DNA of 64,000 nucleotides from Candidatus Nomurabacteria bacterium. Its GTDB lineage: Bacteria; Patescibacteriota; Minisyncoccia; Phycocordibacterales; UBA9973. The stretch lies in contig JBPOHU010000009.1 in NCBI GenBank assembly GCA_052035195.1, positions 34,107-98,106 on the forward strand, given 5' to 3'. A program made the position numbers and the translations under genes. The notes below the pieces were generated by a model. That model did not search any database, was not told the origin of the DNA, and saw nothing but the letters and a program-made list of their open reading frames with translations. The first letter of the stretch is position 1; each line of letters begins with the position of its first letter. Shown in pieces: positions 55,736 through 64,000 of the stretch.

Positions 55736-56233
55736 ATGAATAAATTATTTTTTATTTTCTTAGTAATAGCTATTGGTGGAGTAATCTTGAAAGATCTTCT
55801 TGAGAGTAAACCAGAAAACAAAAAGAAAAAACTATTATATCAATATAAGAAAAAAGATTTTTTGATCACGCGAGCAGAGCACGAGTTTTTTGATATTTTG
55901 GTTGAAATATTTGGAGATAAATATCATGTGTTTACCCAAGTCCATCTTCCAACAATTCTTGAACACAAAATAAATGGGCAAAATTGGAAAGGATCTTTCA
56001 GCCATATAAATGGCAAGTCAGTAGACTTTGTTATTTGTGATAAGGAATATATAAAGCCGCTTGTAGCTATAGAACTAGACGACAAAAGTCATGAAAGGTT
56101 AGATAGGATAGAGCGCGATAGTGAAGTAGAAAGAATGCTTAAAGAAGCAGTAATGCCATTGATAAGATTCGAAAATCACGGGTCTTTTGATAAGGAAGAA
56201 ATAAATAAAACAATTTCTGAATTTTTGAAATAA
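55736..56233 (+). CDS. DUF2726 family protein (NERD/PD-(D/E)xK nuclease-like), N-terminal TM anchor
   Basis: ITRAEHEFFDIL...VDFVICDK...PLVAIELDDKSH...ERMLKEAVMPLIRF matches the DUF2726 core. Confidence 0.6.
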   Translation: MNKLFFIFLVIAIGGVILKDLLESKPENKKKKLLYQYKKKDFLITRAEHEFFDILVEIFGDKYHVFTQVHLPTILEHKINGQNWKGSFSHINGKSVDFVICDKEYIKPLVAIELDDKSHERLDRIERDSEVERMLKEAVMPLIRFENHGSFDKEEINKTISEFLK

Positions 56234-56235
56234 AA

Positions 56236-56268
56236 AAGAGATAGTTTTGAGCTATCTCTTTCGTTTTT
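56236..56268. terminator. Bidirectional terminator (aagagatag-ttttgag-ctatctctt)
   Basis: 9-bp stem between convergent genes. Confidence 0.75.
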
Positions 56269-56278
56269 ATAAATTATT

Positions 56279-56746
56279 TTATTTAGTCTGCACGTTGGGT
56301 GCATCGTCTCCAGAGAACACTTGCGTGTCTGTATCCGGATGTTTTGCAAAAAGCTGGAAACAGAACCATGGGTGTCCGCTATTTTTAACACCACCAAGGA
56401 TCCTGAATCCTGTGTAAGAAGATCTTTCAACCTGCATAATTTCACAGACAAAATCAAAGACCTTTTGGTCACTCATTTCTCTGATTTTAGAATCAACACC
56501 GAAACCGGCGAGCCCATATTTCTTCAGACAATTCTGAGCTTCTTCCATACGCCAGCCTTCGATGCGATCCAGAAAAGCGACATTAATTTTGTCTTTTTCA
56601 GATTCAAAGGTAAGAGGGAATTTGAATTGTTTGATCAACATTCCGCTAGCATTGCCGAAGGTGCCCATTGCTGTACAGCTATAAGGTTGAGCCTTATCTA
56701 CTTCAAGTAAGTTTTTATTACCTGGTAACAAAGTACTATTTTCCAT
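56279..56746 (-). CDS. Hypothetical protein, convergent with the DUF2726 gene
   Basis: 155-aa ORF, no recognisable motif. Confidence 0.45.
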   Translation of the reverse strand: MENSTLLPGNKNLLEVDKAQPYSCTAMGTFGNASGMLIKQFKFPLTFESEKDKINVAFLDRIEGWRMEEAQNCLKKYGLAGFGVDSKIREMSDQKVFDFVCEIMQVERSSYTGFRILGGVKNSGHPWFCFQLFAKHPDTDTQVFSGDDAPNVQTK

Positions 56747-56828
56747 ATTTAATGTTTTTTACTATTATACATAGTATTATTAGTTTGTCAAATAAATAAG
56801 ATTTGAGTTTCTGTTATACTACGCGCAC

Positions 56829-57980
56829 ATGAAAACAAAGTTTCTACTTCTTACCACTATCTTTATCGATGTCATCGGTCTTGGGATTATCATCCCGGTA
56901 CTGCCTTTCTATGTCCAAGGCTTTGGGGTCTCGGATGCTGTAGTTACAATACTTTTTGCTATATATGCACTTTTATCATTTCTCTCAGCTCCACTTCTAG
57001 GTTCTCTGTCAGATCGTATAGGTAGGCGTCCAGTGCTTGTGATCAGTATTGCTAGTAGTGCTATAGGCTGGTTGGTTTTTGCTTCAGCTAAGGCTGTCTG
57101 GGTGCTTTTCTTGGGGCGTATTATCGACGGACTTGCAGCGGGTAATATCACAAGTGCCCAAAGTGCGCTTGCTGACATCGCCAAGACCGACAAAGAGCGT
57201 ACAGTAAATATGGGACTCTTTGGTGCGCTCTTTGGTATAGGATTTATTGTAGGGCCAGCGATAGGGGGAGCATTGTCACATATCAGTACTACTGCACCAT
57301 TTTATTTTGTTGGAATACTAGCGACACTTAATGCTATCTTTGCTTTCTTTTTCCTTCCAGAGACACATCATGCCAAAAAAGTGGGAGCACCACTATCTTT
57401 CAATCCATTTATTCCTATTCGAGACGGACTTGCTCTTCCAGAAATGCGCAAGATATTTGTGACTTGGTTTATTTTCGGTATTGCGCTTTCGCTTCAACAA
57501 GGAAGTTTCTCTCTATACCTCGCACGAGTCTTTGATATGTCGGCTGGAAATATAGGATTGCTTTTTGCTGGTATAGGGATACTGATACTTATCAATCAAC
57601 TTTTCTTGCTTCGCAAAGTTTGGTTCAAACTCGGATCTACTAGAGCAGTAGGGCAAGTGATGTTTGTAGTCTTTGGTATAGGTATGGTGCTTCAAGCAGT
57701 GCCTTTGATACTAGCTCTTATTATCGGACTTGTAGCTACAACCTTTGGACAAGGAACACTCCGTGCTGTTTATGGTGGGCTTATTGCCAATGCTGCTCCA
57801 GAGAAGCGTGGTGAATATATAGGTATATCATCGTCCCTCATGTCTCTCTCAATGGTTATAGGGCCATTTATTGCTACGTTTTTAGTAGCGAAGCATCCAA
57901 GCTTTTCTTTTGTGATTGCTGGAATACTTGGCTTTATTGCTTACTCTATTAATATCAACTGGAAGAAACGTCATTTATAG
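56829..57980 (+). CDS. MFS transporter (drug/H+ antiporter-like)
   Basis: 12 predicted TM helices; motif A GSLSDRIGRRPVL between TM2 and TM3. Confidence 0.85.
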   Translation: MKTKFLLLTTIFIDVIGLGIIIPVLPFYVQGFGVSDAVVTILFAIYALLSFLSAPLLGSLSDRIGRRPVLVISIASSAIGWLVFASAKAVWVLFLGRIIDGLAAGNITSAQSALADIAKTDKERTVNMGLFGALFGIGFIVGPAIGGALSHISTTAPFYFVGILATLNAIFAFFFLPETHHAKKVGAPLSFNPFIPIRDGLALPEMRKIFVTWFIFGIALSLQQGSFSLYLARVFDMSAGNIGLLFAGIGILILINQLFLLRKVWFKLGSTRAVGQVMFVVFGIGMVLQAVPLILALIIGLVATTFGQGTLRAVYGGLIANAAPEKRGEYIGISSSLMSLSMVIGPFIATFLVAKHPSFSFVIAGILGFIAYSININWKKRHL

Positions 57981-58006
57981 ATTTTCTGTAGTGGTATAAT
58001 TGGGGT

Positions 58007-58405
58007 ATGAATTACTACACAAATTATAGTGAGCTTTTGAAACCTTCTTGGGCACCACCAAGCTGGATATTTGGGCCTGTTTGGAGCGTGCTTTATTTAC
58101 TGATCGCTATTTCTTTTGGATCAGTAGTGAAAATGTTTTTTAGTAAACAAGTGCCATTTGTTGTACTATTACCATTTCTTTTGAATATTATTTTTAACAT
58201 TCTGTTTACTTGGATACAGTTTGGTTTGAAAAATCTTCCTCTTGCAAGTATAGACATACTACTCGTGCTCGGGACTTTAGTTTGGGCAATGATTGCCATA
58301 TTTCCATATGCGAAATGGATCACTTATATGCAAATACCGTATGTACTGTGGGTAGCTTTTGCAACTGCGGTACAAATCACAATTACTTTTTTAAATTATA
58401 AATAA
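58007..58405 (+). CDS. TspO/MBR (tryptophan-rich sensory protein) family membrane protein, short
   Basis: KPSWAPPSWIFGPVWSVLYLLIA N-terminal signature. Confidence 0.6.
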   Translation: MNYYTNYSELLKPSWAPPSWIFGPVWSVLYLLIAISFGSVVKMFFSKQVPFVVLLPFLLNIIFNILFTWIQFGLKNLPLASIDILLVLGTLVWAMIAIFPYAKWITYMQIPYVLWVAFATAVQITITFLNYK

Positions 58406-58614
58406 TGCTTATAAAGGTCAAAGTTTTTCCGGAGAGTAGGGAAGATAAAATAGTAGAGATAGATAAAGAAAACTACCAAGCTTTTGTTCGGGCTGGAGCT
58501 CAAAATGGTCATGCTAATAAGGAAGTCATATATTTACTTTCCAAGCATTTTGCTAAAGGGGTGAAAATGGTCTCAGGCGGCACTCGTCAAAATAAAATAT
58601 TTGAAGTGTTATAA
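58405..58614 (+). CDS. DUF167 (YggU/UPF0235) family protein
   Basis: VKVFPESRED...VRAGAQNGHANKEVIYLLSKHFAKGVKMVSGGTRQNKIFEV matches the YggU pattern. Confidence 0.6.
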   Translation: MLIKVKVFPESREDKIVEIDKENYQAFVRAGAQNGHANKEVIYLLSKHFAKGVKMVSGGTRQNKIFEVL

Positions 58615-58622
58615 TCACAAGC

Positions 58623-58970
58623 ATGAATCCTTTTAAGATTTTACATTTTAGAAAAATGGTAAATGAGGCTAGAAGTAATCCTAGTGGTTTGGCAGGCGAA
58701 CAAGTACGAGAAGTGCTTTGGGGTATAGTGATGATACCTTTGGTTATAGCTATCTTGATAGTCGGAGTATTTTTTATTATTGGATATACGGATATCTTGG
58801 GTTTTCAATTTGGCTTTTTCAAGTTTTTGTTTTGGGTGGCTTTGATAGTAGGGGCAACTATCTTTTCTCTTATTCGTAAAATCATTTTCTCTATCGGTCG
58901 CGGAGCTAGCCGTGGAACAAAAAGGGTGATAGACGCTGTTGTAGTAGAGGACAAAGATAGTAGTTATTAG
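58623..58970 (+). CDS. Membrane protein, hypothetical (2 TM)
   Basis: Two long hydrophobic helices. Confidence 0.45.
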   Translation: MNPFKILHFRKMVNEARSNPSGLAGEQVREVLWGIVMIPLVIAILIVGVFFIIGYTDILGFQFGFFKFLFWVALIVGATIFSLIRKIIFSIGRGASRGTKRVIDAVVVEDKDSSY

Positions 58971-59009
58971 TTTTTAAAAAAGGCCTTTTGGCGTGTTAAA
59001 ATAAGTATT

Positions 59010-59243
59010 ATGACAAAACAAAAAACAATCTTTCTTTTTATTGTTATTATCGCTATTGTTGGATTTTTCCTTTGGAAAAATATGGATAAAAAGGCTCCGG
59101 CAGTCGAAACTCCGACTCAAGTTGTAGAACAAGATACCACATCTGACCCCACTGCTTCTTTAGAGGCTGAACTAAATGCTATAGATACAGAATTTAAACT
59201 AGATTCAGAAACTAGTGAAAACCAAAAAATCGAAAGACTATAA
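59010..59243 (+). CDS. Small membrane-anchored hypothetical protein
   Basis: N-terminal TM, acidic C-terminus. Confidence 0.4.
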   Translation: MTKQKTIFLFIVIIAIVGFFLWKNMDKKAPAVETPTQVVEQDTTSDPTASLEAELNAIDTEFKLDSETSENQKIERL

Positions 59244-59246
59244 TAA

Positions 59247-59534
59247 ATGGCACTAAAACAAAAATTTAAAGTCGAGGCAAAGGTATGGCTTTATCCTGGA
59301 TTGGCAGGCTGGCATTTTGTGACTTTGGACAAAACTCTTTCTTCTGAAATAAAAAAGAAGTATCCAAAAGGTTTTGTAAAAGTAGAAGTGACACTAAGTG
59401 AGAGCTCTTGGCAGACTTCACTTTTCCCGCATTCACAATCAAAGAGTTATTTGATCTGTATTAAGAATGCTATTCGCAAAAAGGAGGGCATTTTCGAAGG
59501 GGATGAGATTAGCTTGTCTGTCAAAATTTTGTAG
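59247..59534 (+). CDS. DUF1905 domain protein
   Basis: KVWLYPGLAGWHFVTL....WQTSLFPHSQSKSYLICIKNAIRKKEGIFEGDEISLSV matches the DUF1905 pattern. Confidence 0.55.
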   Translation: MALKQKFKVEAKVWLYPGLAGWHFVTLDKTLSSEIKKKYPKGFVKVEVTLSESSWQTSLFPHSQSKSYLICIKNAIRKKEGIFEGDEISLSVKIL

Positions 59535-59556
59535 AGCTATGCTACAATGTATCCCT

Positions 59557-60081
59557 ATGGAAGAAAAAAACCACACAAAAAGACGCGTCGGAGTATTTGT
59601 TGTATTAATAGCTTTATTTGTTGTTCTTTTGTTTGTGATACTTGCTACTAAAGATGTTCCAACACCAAATACAGCAACATTTGAAACTCCAACTGTGGTT
59701 TCTAAACAATGCTATATCTGGAATACAGAAGCAGGAGATAGTGCAACTCTCATACTCTCTACTATAGATACAAATGTAGAAGGAAGCTTTACATTTTTGC
59801 CAGCAGAAAAGGATAGCAAGCGCGGTATCTTGACTGGGACTTTATCAGCTCTATCAGGAGATAGTAGCGTGCGAACTGTTTATGGTTGGTGGAATGTTCT
59901 AGCAGAGGGTATGAATTCAAAAGAAGAAATAATAATCACTCTTTCTGGAAAAACAGCCGCAGTTGGCTTTGGTGAAATGAAAGAAAAAGAAGATGGTTCT
60001 TATGTTTATGCTGATGTTAACAATCTCTCTTATGAGCCAGTACTTCAAGAAACTTCTTGTGACGATCCCGCTATAAAATAA
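59557..60081 (+). CDS. Membrane-anchored hypothetical protein; start at MEEKNH
   Basis: N-terminal TM then soluble domain; ORF upstream of 59557 overlaps DUF1905 and is likely non-coding. Confidence 0.45.
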   Translation: MEEKNHTKRRVGVFVVLIALFVVLLFVILATKDVPTPNTATFETPTVVSKQCYIWNTEAGDSATLILSTIDTNVEGSFTFLPAEKDSKRGILTGTLSALSGDSSVRTVYGWWNVLAEGMNSKEEIIITLSGKTAAVGFGEMKEKEDGSYVYADVNNLSYEPVLQETSCDDPAIK

Positions 60082-60100
60082 TCTTTTAAAGAAACAAAAC

Positions 60101-60754
60101 ATGCTCTCTTTTTCTAAAGAAGAATTAGCACTATTTAAAAAGTTAAATACTCCTATAAAGGTGCAGGACTTTTTAAATAGTATTCCTTTTAATCATGAGC
60201 TTGACGGTGTGGGTACTGCCAAAAGTCCTATAATGGTTCTCCGTAAAAATAATGCTCACTGTATTGAAGGAGCTATGCTCGGAGCTTATATTTTGTCTTT
60301 GCATGGTTTTGAACCATTGCTTCTTCATTTGAAAACTACCAAAGAAGACTTTGAGCACGTGATAACACCTTTTTGTGTTAATGGTTTGTGGGGAGCTCTT
60401 TCAAAAACAAATCACGCTGTACTTCGATATCGAGATCCGCTCTATGGCAGTGTGCATGAATTAGTTATGTCTTATTTCCATGAGTACACAGTAGATGATG
60501 GGACTAAGACATTACGGAGTTATTCAGAAACCTTGGATTTGAAAGATTTTGGACCAGATTGGATGCTGGAAGAGAGGGATTTGTGGGGGATAGATGAAGA
60601 GCTCGGCAAGATAAAGCACTACGATATCGTGCCCAAGGGCTTTAGATTGCGCCAGGCGGACCCTATTGAAAGAAGCTTTGGTATGGTCACGGAATGGAAG
60701 AAACGTAAGAGAAAAGCTGGTAATTATGGCAAAAAATATAAAAGTGTGGTATAA
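60101..60754 (+). CDS. Hypothetical protein, possible Cys/His hydrolase fold (transglutaminase/papain-like candidate)
   Basis: AHCIEGAMLGAYIL with downstream conserved His residues; speculative. Confidence 0.35.
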   Translation: MLSFSKEELALFKKLNTPIKVQDFLNSIPFNHELDGVGTAKSPIMVLRKNNAHCIEGAMLGAYILSLHGFEPLLLHLKTTKEDFEHVITPFCVNGLWGALSKTNHAVLRYRDPLYGSVHELVMSYFHEYTVDDGTKTLRSYSETLDLKDFGPDWMLEERDLWGIDEELGKIKHYDIVPKGFRLRQADPIERSFGMVTEWKKRKRKAGNYGKKYKSVV

Positions 60755-60797
60755 TGTATTGGTACTAGTATTTTAAGTTAATTCTCAATAAAAAAGT

Positions 60798-60983
60798 ATG
60801 CCAGAAATCAAAGCATTGTGTATGAAGTGTCGTGACGCTAATAACAAGCCAACGATGCAAGTTATGAAAGATATAAAGGTAGAGGAAAAGAACAACCGCT
60901 ATTCTGCAAAAGGACAATGTTCAAATTGTGGAGGAAATATGTTCAAGTTCATGAACAAAGAAACCGCTGATAGTTTGAAATAA
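60798..60983 (+). CDS. Small zinc-ribbon protein
   Basis: CxxC ... CxxC (CMKCR...CSNCG) in 61 aa. Confidence 0.5.
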   Translation: MPEIKALCMKCRDANNKPTMQVMKDIKVEEKNNRYSAKGQCSNCGGNMFKFMNKETADSLK

Positions 60984-60995
60984 TACACTATGACA

Positions 60996-61026
60996 AAATA
61001 CCCTTTTAAAGGGTATTTTTGTTTGG
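60996..61026 (+). terminator. Rho-independent terminator (aaataccctt-ttaa-aagggtattt + T-run)
   Basis: 10-bp stem. Confidence 0.8.
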
Positions 61027-61065
61027 GAATTCGTCAGAAAGGGCTTTTCCTGTTAGTATTTCGTT

Positions 61066-61632
61066 ATGATAATAAAAAGTGCTGTTTTTAAAAAAGGGAG
61101 CCCTAGCATTGATGGGGTTTTTGATGACGGCTTGCCACACGTAGCTTTCATAGGTAGATCAAATGTTGGCAAGAGTAGTACTATCAATGCTCTAACCAAG
61201 GTTAAAGGTTTGGCCAAAACCAGTGGTACTCCTGGGGCTACTAAACATATAAATATGTTTCTTATAAACAATAAGTTTTATATTGTTGATCTTCCTGGTT
61301 ATGGTTTCGTATCTGGATCTTCTGGCAAGAGAGACGCACTCCACTCTTTAATAGAATCTTATGTTTTTAGTGATAGCGAAAATGCAAAAAAGTTTGTGAT
61401 TATAGTTGATGCCAAGGTTGGTCCAAGCAAAGATGATTTGGCGATGATTGAAAGCCTGGAGTCTTTTGGTAGAGAGATAATAGTTGCTGTTAATAAGATA
61501 GATAAATTAAAATCTGGAGAACTCAAAAAGCAATTACAAGAAATCAAAGACCTTGTTGGCCCTCATACTATCGTGCCTTATTCCGCAGAGAAGAAAACAG
61601 GTTTAGGTTTACTACTTGAAGCTATTAGTTAG
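61066..61632 (+). CDS. engB: Ribosome biogenesis GTPase EngB/YsxC
   Basis: G1 GRSNVGKSS, G3 DLPGYGF, G4 NKID. Confidence 0.85.
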   Translation: MIIKSAVFKKGSPSIDGVFDDGLPHVAFIGRSNVGKSSTINALTKVKGLAKTSGTPGATKHINMFLINNKFYIVDLPGYGFVSGSSGKRDALHSLIESYVFSDSENAKKFVIIVDAKVGPSKDDLAMIESLESFGREIIVAVNKIDKLKSGELKKQLQEIKDLVGPHTIVPYSAEKKTGLGLLLEAIS

Positions 61633-61634
61633 GC

Positions 61635-62414
61635 TTACTTTTTTAGAAGTTCAATATCTTTTGTAGGGATACGCTTAACGAAGCCAGGCTTCATTGATCC
61701 TGCTTTGAGGTGTCCTATTCTGATTCGTACCAAAGATTCAATAGTTAGTCTACAAGCATCACACATACGACGGATTTGGTGTTTGCGTCCTTCTTGGAGA
61801 ATTATAGTGAAAGAAGACTTTGAAACCTTTTTTGTTTTAGCAGGTTTAGTCATTACTTTGTCGAGCATAATACCTGTGCTTAGTCTCGTTAATGCTTCAG
61901 GGGTAACTATTTCTCGAACTGTAACTAAGTATTCTTTTTCTATATTTGAATTTTCTTTTGTAAGAGAGCGAGCCAAAGTGCCGTCATTTGAAAGAATGAT
62001 CAAACCCTCAGAGTCTTTGTCGAGTCGGCCAATAGGGGCTAAATGAGAAAGTGCTGGCAAGCGATCATGAATGTCTTTGTTCTCAGGTGATGTTTTACTT
62101 GTCTCTATACCTCTAGGTTTGTAAACCAATATAGCTTCTTTGGGAGTGTTAGAGATATTTTTAACAGCAATAACATCTTTCTCTGGCAAAATACCAAAAC
62201 CTGTTTCTTTGACTATCTTGCCATTAACTGTAACAGAGCCATTTTTAATGAGTTCTTTTGCTTCTCTTCGTGAGGCTAAGCCTTTGTATGCTATAGCACG
62301 CTCAAGACGCTCATAACCGTCTGGAAGGGTAGATGAGTCTTTTGGCTTTTGTTTAGAAAGCGGTTTTGGACCCTTGGGGGTCTTGTAGAAGATTCTTTTT
62401 TTAGGCTTTGCCAT
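61635..62414 (-). CDS. Pseudouridine synthase, RsuA/RluB family, with N-terminal Lys-rich tail and S4 domain; start at MAKPKK
   Basis: S4 motif LASRREAKELIKNGSVTVNG and catalytic PIGRLDKDSEGLIILSNDG; the upstream 70 codons of the ORF overlap the next gene and lack homology. Confidence 0.8.
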   Translation of the reverse strand: MAKPKKRIFYKTPKGPKPLSKQKPKDSSTLPDGYERLERAIAYKGLASRREAKELIKNGSVTVNGKIVKETGFGILPEKDVIAVKNISNTPKEAILVYKPRGIETSKTSPENKDIHDRLPALSHLAPIGRLDKDSEGLIILSNDGTLARSLTKENSNIEKEYLVTVREIVTPEALTRLSTGIMLDKVMTKPAKTKKVSKSSFTIILQEGRKHQIRRMCDACRLTIESLVRIRIGHLKAGSMKPGFVKRIPTKDIELLKK

Positions 62415-62471
62415 ATTGGTCGTGATTATAGCACAACAAAAGAAGCTCTGTTGTAGTATTATATAAGCTGT

Positions 62472-63140
62472 ATGAAGCAAATTATCTATTTTGTCAGACA
62501 TGGAGAAACAGAGCTTAATGCTCAAGGTATAAGACAAGGCCCTGACGGACCACTCTCTCCAAAAGGTGTTGAGCAAGTCAAAGAAGTATCTAAGCGTTTT
62601 CCAGCAAAAAAGGGTAAGCCTCAAGCACTTATTTCAAGTCCTTTTCAAAGAACAAAAGAAACGGCAGCTATCATAGGGCAAGCTTTGAATATGCCGATAG
62701 AATATTGTGATTTACTTGTAGAGAGAAGAAACCCTACAGAGATAGTAGGTCACTCAGGAAAAGAAGAGCAAGTACAAAAAATAGTTGATCGAATAGATAA
62801 GAGTTTTCATGATGATACTTTGCGCTATTCAAATGAAGAGAACTTTGTTGACTTGAAAGACCGTGCTAAAGCTTTGCTTAAATATATTTCCAAAAGAAAG
62901 GAGCGCCAGATTATAATGGTTACGCACGGCATATTTTTGAAAATGGTAGTTTCTTATATGCTTTTGGGTGACAAACTAACAGCTTCAGAATATAACAAGC
63001 TTAGTTATCTAAATCCTATGGACAATGCCGCTCTTACTATTTGTACTAGAACACCGAGATTTCTCAGGAAGGCTAAATGGGAGCTCTTGGTTTGGAACAA
63101 TATCCCTGTAATAGAAGATAGTGGGGATAACGATCAATAA
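62472..63140 (+). CDS. Histidine phosphatase family protein
   Basis: IYFVRHGETELN (RHGE catalytic motif). Confidence 0.7.
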   Translation: MKQIIYFVRHGETELNAQGIRQGPDGPLSPKGVEQVKEVSKRFPAKKGKPQALISSPFQRTKETAAIIGQALNMPIEYCDLLVERRNPTEIVGHSGKEEQVQKIVDRIDKSFHDDTLRYSNEENFVDLKDRAKALLKYISKRKERQIIMVTHGIFLKMVVSYMLLGDKLTASEYNKLSYLNPMDNAALTICTRTPRFLRKAKWELLVWNNIPVIEDSGDNDQ

Positions 63141-63183
63141 AATTTTGCTACAATAAGAGTATAAAAGAATAATTTATATTTTT

Positions 63184-63249
63184 ATGGCAAAAGGAAATGA
63201 CAGTCGCAAGAAGGAGACAAAGAAACCAAAAAAGGTTGTTGTTAAATAA
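63184..63249 (+). CDS. Candidate 21-aa Lys-rich micro-ORF (MAKGNDSRKKETKKPKKVVVK) with its own terminator
   Basis: ATG start, TAA stop, followed 3 nt later by terminator aaagcccc-tattatat-ggggcttt + T-run (63253-63286); no obvious SD. Confidence 0.25.
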   Translation: MAKGNDSRKKETKKPKKVVVK

Positions 63250-63252
63250 TAA

Positions 63253-63286
63253 AAAGCCCCTATTATATGGGGCTTTTTATTATTTT
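63253..63286 (+). terminator. Rho-independent terminator
   Basis: 8-bp GC-rich stem plus T-run. Confidence 0.75.
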
Positions 63287-63373
63287 GCCTCGAAAAAAGC
63301 CTCTAGCGGCAAGCTTAAAACAGGAGTACACTATAAAATGTAATTATTCAAAACCAAAAGAGAGACTATAACT

Positions 63374-64000
63374 ATGACAGTAAATATTTCAAATAGAGAA
63401 TCGATAGCTCAAACACAGCTCAGAGACCATGCACTTCGTATCGTAGAATCCGCATATAAAGCCATAGATACAGACTCTTGTATCAAAGATATCGTCAAAC
63501 TAGAAGGAGATAATCTCTTAATCGGTGGTAATACTTTTGACATAAATAAATACAAAAGTATTTCTGTTATTGGTTTTGGAAAGGCTTCTTCAAAAGCAGC
63601 ACAAGCACTAGAGAATATTTTAGGGGAACATATAACAGGTGGAATTATCTTGGATAAAAATCCACTTATTTGTTCTCGAGTACAAGTTTTCCAAGGTTCT
63701 CATCCTCAGCCTACTACCCAGAACGTTGAAGCTTCAGAGAAAATAGCCAACCTTTCAAAATCTTTAACAGAAGAAGATCTAGCTATAGTTATAGTTTCAG
63801 GCGGAGGTTCATCTCTTTTGTGTTGGCCACAATCTGAATCAGATCAAGGTTCTAGACTTTATGGAGATTTCTTAAAAAGCGGTGGAACTATAAATGAACT
63901 TAATATTATTCGAAAACATCTTTCAGGTATGAAAGGTGGTGGTTTGGCAAAACTTCTTTTCCCGGCTACTGTTGTTGGTTTGATACTTTGTGATGTACCA
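63374..64000 (+). CDS. Glycerate 2-kinase (MOFRL/DUF4147 family), 5' partial, continues beyond window
   Basis: VIGFGKASSKAAQALENILGEHITGGIIL and VSGGGSSLL blocks resemble the DUF4147 N-domain of MOFRL glycerate kinases. Confidence 0.5.
   Translation, partial: MTVNISNRESIAQTQLRDHALRIVESAYKAIDTDSCIKDIVKLEGDNLLIGGNTFDINKYKSISVIGFGKASSKAAQALENILGEHITGGIILDKNPLICSRVQVFQGSHPQPTTQNVEASEKIANLSKSLTEEDLAIVIVSGGGSSLLCWPQSESDQGSRLYGDFLKSGGTINELNIIRKHLSGMKGGGLAKLLFPATVVGLILCDVP

Noticed and set aside
56176-56472. 98-aa minus-strand ORF overlapping the DUF2726 gene end and the bidirectional terminator
   Set aside because: Alternative longer frame of the same region as 56279-56746. The terminator at 56236-56268 makes translation through it unlikely.
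62415-62624. 70-codon N-terminal extension of the pseudouridine synthase ORF
   Set aside because: Overlaps the divergent histidine phosphatase gene and is hydrophobic with no homology. The Lys-rich MAKPKK start at 62414 matches RluB-type N-termini.
1-64000. CRISPR arrays, rRNA genes, IS/transposase or integrase genes, alternative genetic code (UGA recoding)
   Set aside because: No regularly spaced direct repeats and no rRNA-like conserved stretches. No protein shows DDE/tyrosine-recombinase motifs. Long ORFs end at TAA/TAG/TGA without in-frame stop problems, consistent with the standard bacterial code.

Overview
This is an AT-rich, gene-dense bacterial window. About 70 protein genes and 6 tRNAs sit on both strands, with standard stop codons and no rRNA, CRISPR array or transposase seen. 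The gene content suggests a small-genome lineage, most consistent with Patescibacteria/CPR, from sequence inspection only. The supporting signs are a short ~496-aa IF2, a short S1 protein, a 474-aa AspRS without the bacterial insertion, many small DUF and membrane proteins, and arrays of TrbC/VirB2-like pilins.

Housekeeping genes identified with confidence are lepB, pth, rpsA-like, gyrA, rbfA-infB, a class-V cysteine desulfurase, clpB, ddl, cysS, corA, rplU, recR, dnaB, trpS, an ABC exporter, aspS, scpA-scpB, mraY-ftsW-murG, gltX, engB and an RsuA/RluB pseudouridine synthase.

The tRNAs are Leu(TAG), Lys(TTT), Leu(TAA), Cys(GCA) and Tyr(GTA), in two clusters.

Accessory and unusual content:
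1. A tandem array of five divergent TrbC/VirB2-like pilin paralogs (10.35-13.0 kb) with no other T4SS parts.
2. An operon next to ddl encoding an E1/ThiF-like adenylyltransferase with a long N-terminal extension, a PaaK-like adenylate-forming ligase and a double-lobed nitroreductase/SagB-like protein. An orphan multi-TM histidine kinase follows. This looks like an undescribed modification or biosynthetic cassette with no YcaO or precursor peptide in view.
3. A compact defense-like island (52.3-56.7 kb): an MmeI-family Type IIL restriction-modification enzyme, DUF3800, a DUF2726 nuclease-like protein and a convergent unknown protein.
4. A 330-nt ORF-free, highly structured region between tRNA-Lys and tRNA-Leu(TAA). 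It contains mirrored tRNA-Lys fragments. Two sequence blocks from it reappear downstream of tRNA-Tyr, upstream of ddl.
5. Four consecutive minus-strand small genes, each separated by a reiterated terminator-promoter module built on the palindromic core TTTTTGTCAAAAA.
6. Many clean Rho-independent terminators and several recurrent small hairpin motifs.
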